A stretch of 22,608 nt of DNA, taken from the IMG/VR virus record IMGVR_UViG_2737471849_000007, one strand, 5' to 3'. The notes under the pieces are model-generated. The model made no database searches. It was given only the letters and a program-made list of their open reading frames with translations, and had not been told where the DNA came from. Positions within the stretch are counted from its first letter, which is position 1, and the number at the start of each line of letters is the position of its first letter. Below, in pieces: positions 16,542-22,608 of this stretch. Both the position numbers and the translations under genes were made by a program. Source of the DNA: a virus (Duplodnaviria; Heunggongvirae; Uroviricota; Caudoviricetes).

Positions 16542-16715
16542 ATGAATATTGAAAACTTAAAAACAAAAGCAGAAGCAGATATTTCTGAATATATAACAAA
16601 AAAAATTATTGAACTTAAGAAAAAGACCGGGAAAGAAGTTACCAGTATTCAGTTTACCGCACGGGAAAAAATGACGGGTCTTGAAAGCTATGATGTCAAG
16701 ATTAATTTAATCTGA
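16542..16715 (+). CDS. gnsB: GnsB (57 aa)
   Basis: Hand translation MNIENLKTKAEADISEYITKKIIELKKKTGKEVTSIQFTAREKMTGLESYDVKINLI from ATG 16542 with AAGAGGA RBS; below track cutoff. Confidence 0.8.
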   Translation: MNIENLKTKAEADISEYITKKIIELKKKTGKEVTSIQFTAREKMTGLESYDVKINLI

Positions 16716-16742
16716 TGTATTCAATAATAAAATTTATCCATA

Positions 16743-16767
16743 AACCTCGTTTTTACGGGGTTTTGTT
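16743..16767 (+). terminator. Possible intrinsic terminator after gnsB
   Basis: AACCTCG / CGGGGTT stem (one G-U pair) followed by TTTTGTT. Confidence 0.4.
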
Positions 16768-16866
16768 ATATTTGAATGGTTCCGAATATCTAAATCACAA
16801 TTGTTGATGGTTTTTATTAAACCAATGCAGTCCGGCTCAGGAGTGAGAGAAGCCGGACGTTATGGT

Positions 16867-17277
16867 TTAGCGTGGTAAGATCTGTGTAGTTTTCTGGATG
16901 CTTTCAGTAAATAGTAATGAATTATCAAAGGTATAGTAATATCTTTTTTGTTCGTGGATATTTGTAACCCACCGAAAAACTCCTGCTTTAGCAAGGTTTC
17001 TTCTGTATTCCTGAAATGTGATCTCTCTGGATTTCAGCTTATTAGAGGTCGTTTCTATAAGATGCCTATCCTTTGAAAATTTGACAGACACAATGTTTTT
17101 TAGGCCCTTTAATAACACTGTATTATCATTTTTTAATACAATATGAACATTCTCTGTGGCTAAATAGTAAATGTAATGTGAGACATTGTGACGTTTTAGC
17201 TCAGAATAAAACCATTGATAGTTTAAATCGTTTCGAACTTTATCAAATATTTGTTTAAAAATGACTACCTGATCCAT
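16867..17277 (-). CDS. ydfO: DUF1398-like prophage protein YdfO (136 aa)
   Basis: Internal ATG of track ORF 16867..17292 gives 136 aa [28 protein letters not shown]... Confidence 0.78.
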
Positions 17278-17334
17278 AGATAAACCTTCCATGTGATATG
17301 AGGGGGCGTAGTCTGCACGATTATCTAAATTGCT

Positions 17335-17508
17335 TCAATCTGGTCTGACCTGTTTTCTGAGCAATTCAGTAATGTCACTCTTTTCTTTGTTTGCTTCAGA
17401 AGAAACTCTTTTTTCTGAGCACAGTCTCCGGCGGCAGGCTTCAATGACCCAGGCTGAGAAATTCCCGGACCCTTTTTGCTCAAGAGCGATGTTAATTTGT
17501 TCAATCAT
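17335..17508 (-). CDS. Putative ribbon-helix-helix small protein (57 aa)
   Basis: Minus-strand [60 protein letters not shown]; N-terminus fits an RHH (Arc/CopG-like) beta-strand plus helix; weak RBS; overlaps the 5' end of the stfQ ORF; below track cutoff. Confidence 0.35.
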   Translation of the reverse strand: MIEQINIALEQKGSGNFSAWVIEACRRRLCSEKRVSSEANKEKSDITELLRKQVRPD

Positions 17509-18726
17509 TTGGTTAGGAAATCAACGTTACCTTCTGCCCGTAAGGTGAATGGTAAGGCGCTTTCAGCGGATATAACACTGACGCCGAAAGATATTGGTAC
17601 GCTTAACTCAACAACAATGTCATTCAGCGGTGGTGCTGGTTGGTTCAAATTAGCAACGGTAACCATGCCACAGGCGAGTTCTGTTGTTTCAATTACGTTG
17701 ATTGGTGGCGCTGGATTTAACGTGGGGTTATCTCAACAGGCAGGTATATCTGAACTTGTTTTACGTGCAGGTAATGGTAATCCGAAGGGGATTACTGGTG
17801 CTTTATGGCAGCGCACATCGACAGGGTTTACAAATTTTGCCTGGGTCAATACATCTGGTGATACTTACGATATTTACGTTGCAATCGGAAATTATGCGAC
17901 TGGTGTAAATATTCAATGGGATTATACCAGTAATGCCAGCGTGACGATTCATACGTCACCAGCATATTCTGCTAATAAGCCGGAAGGGTTAACGGACGGT
18001 ACAGTTTATTCACTCTATACGCCATCAGAGCAGTTTTATCCGCCTGGCGCACCAATCCCGTGGCCATCAGATACCGTTCCGTCTGGCTATGCCCTGATGC
18101 AGGGGCAGACTTTTGACAAATCTGCATACCCGAAACTTGCAGCCGCTTATCCGTCAGGCGTGATCCCTGATATGCGTGGCTGGACGATTAAGGGCAAACC
18201 TGCCAGTGGTCGGGCCGTATTGTCTCAGGAACAGGACGGCATTAAATCGCATACCCACAGCGCCAGCGCATCCAGTACGGATTTGGGGACGAAAACCACA
18301 TCGTCGTTTGATTACGGCACTAAATCCACGAATAACACTGGTGCGCATACCCATAGTTTAAGTGGCAGCACGAATGCAGCTGGTAATCACAGCCATAGAG
18401 ATGGCCGTCGATTTAACCCCAGTGTTTTTAAAGATACTTATCAATATGGTTATACAAGCTCAGGTCAAAATACCTGGGGTGTACAAGGCTCAGTAGGTAT
18501 GTCTACGGGGTGGTTAGCGAATACCAGTACAGATGGTAATCATAGCCATTCACTGTCCGGCACAGCAGCATCTGCAGGTGCACACGCGCATACTGTCGGT
18601 ATTGGTGCTCATACGCACTCCGTTGCGATTGGTTCACATGGACACACCATCACCGTTAACGCTGCTGGTAACGCGGAAAACACCGTCAAAAACATCGCAT
18701 TTAACTATATTGTGAGGCTTGCATAA
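17476..18726 (+). CDS. stfQ: Side tail fibre protein, C-terminal remnant (start uncertain; TTG at 17476)
   Basis: Track ORF of 416 aa, Gly/Ser/Thr-rich with repeated His-containing motifs (GAHTHS, GNHSHS, GAHAHT, GSHGHT) typical of tail-fibre receptor-binding tips; directly followed by the tail-fibre assembly gene. Confidence 0.68.
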   Translation: MLKSDVNLFNHLVRKSTLPSARKVNGKALSADITLTPKDIGTLNSTTMSFSGGAGWFKLATVTMPQASSVVSITLIGGAGFNVGLSQQAGISELVLRAGNGNPKGITGALWQRTSTGFTNFAWVNTSGDTYDIYVAIGNYATGVNIQWDYTSNASVTIHTSPAYSANKPEGLTDGTVYSLYTPSEQFYPPGAPIPWPSDTVPSGYALMQGQTFDKSAYPKLAAAYPSGVIPDMRGWTIKGKPASGRAVLSQEQDGIKSHTHSASASSTDLGTKTTSSFDYGTKSTNNTGAHTHSLSGSTNAAGNHSHRDGRRFNPSVFKDTYQYGYTSSGQNTWGVQGSVGMSTGWLANTSTDGNHSHSLSGTAASAGAHAHTVGIGAHTHSVAIGSHGHTITVNAAGNAENTVKNIAFNYIVRLA

Positions 18727-19301
18727 TGGCATTCAGAATGAGTGAACAACCACGGACCATAAAAATTTATAATCTGCTGGCCGGAACTAATGAATTTATT
18801 GGTGAAGGTGACGCATATATTCCGCCTCATACAGGTCTGCCAGCAAACAGTACCGATATTGCACCACCAGATATTCCTGCTGGCTTTGTGGCTGTTTTCA
18901 ACAGTGATAAGGCATCGTGGCATCTCGTTGAAGACCATCGGGGTAAAACGGTTTATGACGTAGCGTCAGGGGACGCGTTATTTATTTCTGAACTCGGTCC
19001 GTTACCGGAAAATGTTACCTGGTTATCGCCGGAAGGGGAGTTTCAGAAGTGGAACGGCACAGCCTGGGTGAAAGATGCAGAAGCAGAAAAACTGTTCCGG
19101 ATCCGAGAGGCGGAAGAAACAAAAAACAGCCTGATGCAGGTAGCCAGTGAGCATATTGCGCCACTTCAGGATGCTGTAGATCTGGAAATCGCAACGGAGG
19201 AAGAAACCTCATTGCTGGAAGCCTGGAAAAAGTATCGGGTGTTGCTGAACCGTGTTGATACGTCAACTGCACAGGATATTGAATGGCCAGCACTGCCGTA
19301 G
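18726..19301 (+). CDS. tfaQ: Tail fibre assembly protein (191 aa)
   Basis: Track ORF; ATG overlaps the stfQ stop (TAATG); adjacent to the Pin invertase gene. Confidence 0.85.
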   Translation: MAFRMSEQPRTIKIYNLLAGTNEFIGEGDAYIPPHTGLPANSTDIAPPDIPAGFVAVFNSDKASWHLVEDHRGKTVYDVASGDALFISELGPLPENVTWLSPEGEFQKWNGTAWVKDAEAEKLFRIREAEETKNSLMQVASEHIAPLQDAVDLEIATEEETSLLEAWKKYRVLLNRVDTSTAQDIEWPALP

Positions 19302-19398
19302 GGTAAAACATATAAATTCTATAATTAGATGTATCTTTCCATTTACGGCAAGGAAGGGGGCTTGGAAGACGTAAAGCATCTCACACCGAGATTATTTT

Positions 19399-19989
19399 TT
19401 ATATGTCAGGTGTCTGAAGTTTTGCTTTGGCTCTTAAAATGGTTTGCCGCGAGGTTTTGAATTCCCGGGCAATGGCACTTATACTTACACCTGACTTAAT
19501 TCGTTCGAATACCACCTGTTTCTGTTCTTCATTTAACACAGGTGGTCGACCAAAACGTTTCCCTGCGCCGCGGGCTCTTACTATCCCGGAATGAGTGCGT
19601 TCAAGTAAAAGGTCTCGTTCAAATTCAGCGACTGCTGAAATTACGTGCATCATCATTTTTCCTGTTGGACTGGTCAGGTCAATGCCCCCCAATGCTAAGC
19701 AATGCACTCTGATACCTGTTTCGGTCAGTTGTTCCACTGTTTTCCTGATATCCATTGCATTACAACCAAGGCGATCCAGTTTTGTCACAATCAATTGATC
19801 ACCACATTTCAGGCGAGCAAGCAACCGGTTAAAACCAGGACGCTCACTGGTTGCTGCTGAGCCGCTAATGTGTTCTTCGATTATTTGCTGAGGTTTGATT
19901 TTAAAACCTGCACTTTCGATTTCCCGGCGTTGATTTTCGATGGTCTGATCCAGCGTTGATATCCGACAGTAAGCAAAAATTCGAGACAT
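19399..19989 (-). CDS. pinQ: Serine-recombinase DNA invertase Pin (Hin/Gin/Cin family), 196 aa
   Basis: Track [25 protein letters not shown]... with catalytic Ser motif and C-terminal HTH. Confidence 0.92.
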   Translation of the reverse strand: MSRIFAYCRISTLDQTIENQRREIESAGFKIKPQQIIEEHISGSAATSERPGFNRLLARLKCGDQLIVTKLDRLGCNAMDIRKTVEQLTETGIRVHCLALGGIDLTSPTGKMMMHVISAVAEFERDLLLERTHSGIVRARGAGKRFGRPPVLNEEQKQVVFERIKSGVSISAIAREFKTSRQTILRAKAKLQTPDI

Positions 19990-20305
19990 AGTGAGACTCT
20001 ATACGAAATTGGTGTTCATATCATAATGCATCTCAGAAAATAATTTTGATTATTTTTGTGCATATTTGTATGTACACGTTCGAAAATAAACGAATGCGTA
20101 TGCAACCCCGTAATTTTGGTGAGACCCAAAATCGATTTTGTGAAAAATGGCTTTAACTCGGTTTGTTTTTCGAGTTCCGGGCGGACTCAAGGAAGAAGAA
20201 TAGTGTTGCGTGTTATTTTAACCAGATTTCAAGTTGTTTGATCGTGGAAAAGTGGAGCAAAATGTTGTTAAAGTGGAAAAATGATAAAAAAGTAAGTTTA
20301 TTATA

Positions 20306-20539
20306 TTACATTTTACCATTTAAATTTTGGTTGTCTTTAAGAACTGATATCGCTGTTTGTAATAATTCTTTGTTATCCAGCCATGATTTTTTCTTTATGT
20401 TTCCTTCAATGTAATCAAGCAATGTTCTGGTATTGATAGGTCTTCCCTGTTTTGCTACTTCCACTACAGCATCCCCTAGGATAATTCTTACTTCAGGAAG
20501 CTGCGCAGGGAACCACTTTAGGGTGTCTTTTGATTTCAT
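20306..20539 (-). CDS. ydfK: Prophage protein YdfK (77 aa)
   Basis: Internal ATG of track ORF 20306..20572 gives 77 aa MKSKDTLKWFPAQLPEVRIILGDAVVEVAKQGRPINTR... Confidence 0.78.
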   Translation of the reverse strand: MKSKDTLKWFPAQLPEVRIILGDAVVEVAKQGRPINTRTLLDYIEGNIKKKSWLDNKELLQTAISVLKDNQNLNGKM

Positions 20540-21324
20540 GAAGATATTCCTTAAAATATTATTGAGTTTCATTGCGATATTGTATGTCTGATTCAGGATA
20601 TGTTGACTTATACATCGGTTTTGTCTGGGTTATTGGATATGCCAATCCCTAATTTTATTAGGGCATGACTAAAAATGCTGAATATGATAAGGAGAGAAGT
20701 GATTATCAGTATGCTGTTCATATAGCCTCGAATTAGTAATGTGTTATATATGATATAGTTGACAATTTTTATCTTGGGTGTTCTTAAAGTTCGTAGATAA
20801 ACATTGTCGTTTCAGGTATACAGGAATGCTAACAGGTGGCAGCAAAAATCAGGCGGTTTATGGCGCAAGCTGAAGCGGCAACTGCAAACTATCTTATGCA
20901 GAGACTCTACACGGATTGGGTTTAAAAGTATACATAGATAACAGTTTTTATCTGAAAAAGAAAAATATCAAGGTGATATAGCCTATATGCCTTTGATGCG
21001 GAGGAATGAATGTGATGGGAGTGATGTATCTGAATAGTTGAAAAACCGCAGACACGCCTTATGCAAGAACGTGCTGCGGTTGGCTGGTAAATTTTTCGAT
21101 AGTGTGAGTATTGAATGATTTCCAGCCGTTCTTGATTTTACGCATAAATCCATGAAAAAACTACTTATCTGTTGGGGAGTTTTTTTGGGGCATATATGGG
21201 ACAGAAATAGGCCCCAGATAGACACTGAGATCGAACTTAGGATGCTTTTTAAAAAATGCAACTATCTGAAAAAACCTAGAAAACGCCAAGGAAACCACAG
21301 GATGGGAAAAAACACCTGTGAATT

Positions 21325-22608
21325 ATGGATTTCCAGTTATATTCGCTCGGCGCAGCGTTGGTGTTTCATGAAATATTTTTTCCTGAATCATCAACGGCAA
21401 TGGCGTTAATTCTGGCAATGGGAACCTACGGTGCAGGTTATGTCGCGCGTATTGTCGGAGCATTTATTTTCGGCAAAATGGGCGACAGAATAGGGCGTAA
21501 AAAAGTGCTCTTTATTACCATCACCATGATGGGGATCTGTACCACCTTAATTGGTGTGTTACCGACCTATGCACAGATTGGTGTTTTTGCCCCCATCTTG
21601 CTGGTGACGCTGCGTATTATTCAGGGGTTGGGTGCAGGTGCGGAAATTTCCGGTGCCGGTACGATGCTGGCGGAATATGCACCAAAAGGTAAGCGCGGAA
21701 TTATCTCCTCATTTGTAGCTATGGGAACTAACTGCGGAACCTTGAGCGCAACGGCAATCTGGGCCTTTATGTTCTTCATTCTCAGTAAAGAGGAACTGCT
21801 GGCGTGGGGATGGCGTATACCGTTCCTGGCGAGCGTTGTCGTGATGGTCTTTGCTATCTGGTTACGTATGAATCTGAAAGAAAGCCCGGTCTTTGAGAAG
21901 GTTAATGACAGCAACCAACCCACAGCAAAACCTGCACCTGCTGGTAGCATGTTCCAGAGCAAATCCTTCTGGCTGGCAACAGGGCTGCGTTTTGGTCAGG
22001 CGGGTAACTCCGGGTTAATTCAGACTTTCCTTGCAGGCTATTTAGTGCAGACGTTATTGTTTAACAAAGCAATTCCAACAGATGCATTGATGATTAGTTC
22101 GATTCTCGGCTTTATGACCATTCCGTTCCTTGGTTGGTTATCCGATAAAATTGGTCGCCGGATCCCGTATATTATTATGAATACCTCCGCGATTGTGCTG
22201 GCATGGCCAATGCTTTCTATCATTGTAGATAAAAGCTATGCCCCGAGCACCATTATGGTTGCACTGATTGTGATTCATAACTGTGCGGTGCTGGGATTAT
22301 TTGCTCTGGAAAACATTACCATGGCAGAAATGTTCGGCTGTAAAAACCGCTTTACCCGGATGGCTATTTCTAAAGAAATTGGTGGTCTTATCGCTTCCGG
22401 TTTTGGTCCTATCCTGGCGGGTATTTTCTGCACCATGACGGAATCCTGGTATCCGATCGCCATTATGATCATGGCATATTCAGTAATTGGTTTAATCTCT
22501 GCGCTGAAAATGCCAGAGGTGAAAGACCGTGATTTAAGTGCGCTGGAAGACGCTGCGGAAGATCAACCGCGTGTTGTAAGAGCTGCGCAACCTTCCAGAA
22601 GTCTGTAA
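21325..22608 (+). CDS. ydfJ: MFS metabolite:H+ symporter YdfJ, N-terminally truncated by the prophage insertion
   Basis: Track ORF of 427 aa ending at the window end; the MFS loop motif GKMGDRIGRKKVL sits only about 45 aa from the start, so TM1 is missing; many TM helices follow. Confidence 0.8.
   Translation: MDFQLYSLGAALVFHEIFFPESSTAMALILAMGTYGAGYVARIVGAFIFGKMGDRIGRKKVLFITITMMGICTTLIGVLPTYAQIGVFAPILLVTLRIIQGLGAGAEISGAGTMLAEYAPKGKRGIISSFVAMGTNCGTLSATAIWAFMFFILSKEELLAWGWRIPFLASVVVMVFAIWLRMNLKESPVFEKVNDSNQPTAKPAPAGSMFQSKSFWLATGLRFGQAGNSGLIQTFLAGYLVQTLLFNKAIPTDALMISSILGFMTIPFLGWLSDKIGRRIPYIIMNTSAIVLAWPMLSIIVDKSYAPSTIMVALIVIHNCAVLGLFALENITMAEMFGCKNRFTRMAISKEIGGLIASGFGPILAGIFCTMTESWYPIAIMIMAYSVIGLISALKMPEVKDRDLSALEDAAEDQPRVVRAAQPSRSL

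Noticed and set aside
17330-17548. 72-aa plus-strand ORF between ydfO and stfQ, considered as a terminase small-subunit (nohA-like) remnant
   Set aside because: No resemblance to Nu1-type N-termini as I remember them; overlaps the better-supported minus-strand RHH ORF and the stfQ start region.
18154-18938. Several 60-77-aa ORFs on both strands inside stfQ and tfaQ
   Set aside because: Nested within or antisense to the long tail-fibre ORFs; no independent support.
20127-20140. Perfect 14-bp palindrome CAAAATCGATTTTG between pinQ and ydfK
   Set aside because: Considered as a Pin crossover site, but it does not match hix/gix/cix half-site architecture; one 14-bp AT-rich palindrome in 22 kb is about what chance gives.

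Overview
The window is almost entirely a cryptic lambdoid prophage of the Escherichia coli Qin type (dicA/dicC immunity region), ending where it interrupts the host MFS transporter gene ydfJ (from about 21325). Gene names are assigned from memory of the E. coli K-12 Qin prophage, supported by matching protein lengths; no database search was run. Layout, left to right: (1) the division-inhibition operon on the minus strand, ydfE(partial)-ydfD-dicB-DicF sRNA-ydfC-ydfB-ydfA, with DicA operator palindromes; (2) dicA (-) and dicC (+); (3) a replication module whose initiator gene contains five 23-bp-spaced iterons plus AT-rich 12-mers (putative ori), followed by a hypothetical gene and a methyltransferase-like gene; (4) a ~2.3 kb gene-poor zone (5182-7584) with consecutive small ORFs interrupted by in-frame stops, a strong-RBS 59-aa two-TM ORF and an HTH/transposase-like fragment; (5) flxA with a sigma-28 promoter; (6) relB-relE-hokD with the relO operator; (7) rem, ydfU and the Q antiterminator quuQ with a PR'/tR'-like unit; (8) cold-shock genes cspF/cspB, then the phage-21-type lysis cassette essQ-ydfR-rrrQ-rzpQ/rzoQ; (9) cspI, ynfN, gnsB, ydfO; (10) a tail-fibre remnant stfQ-tfaQ with the Pin invertase pinQ, then ydfK. 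No tRNA, rRNA or CRISPR array was seen. I did not find a clearly novel defence system; the most unusual signals are the in-frame-stop ORF cluster, the iteron origin, and several unannotated small ORFs (zinc-ribbon, ribbon-helix-helix, two-TM).
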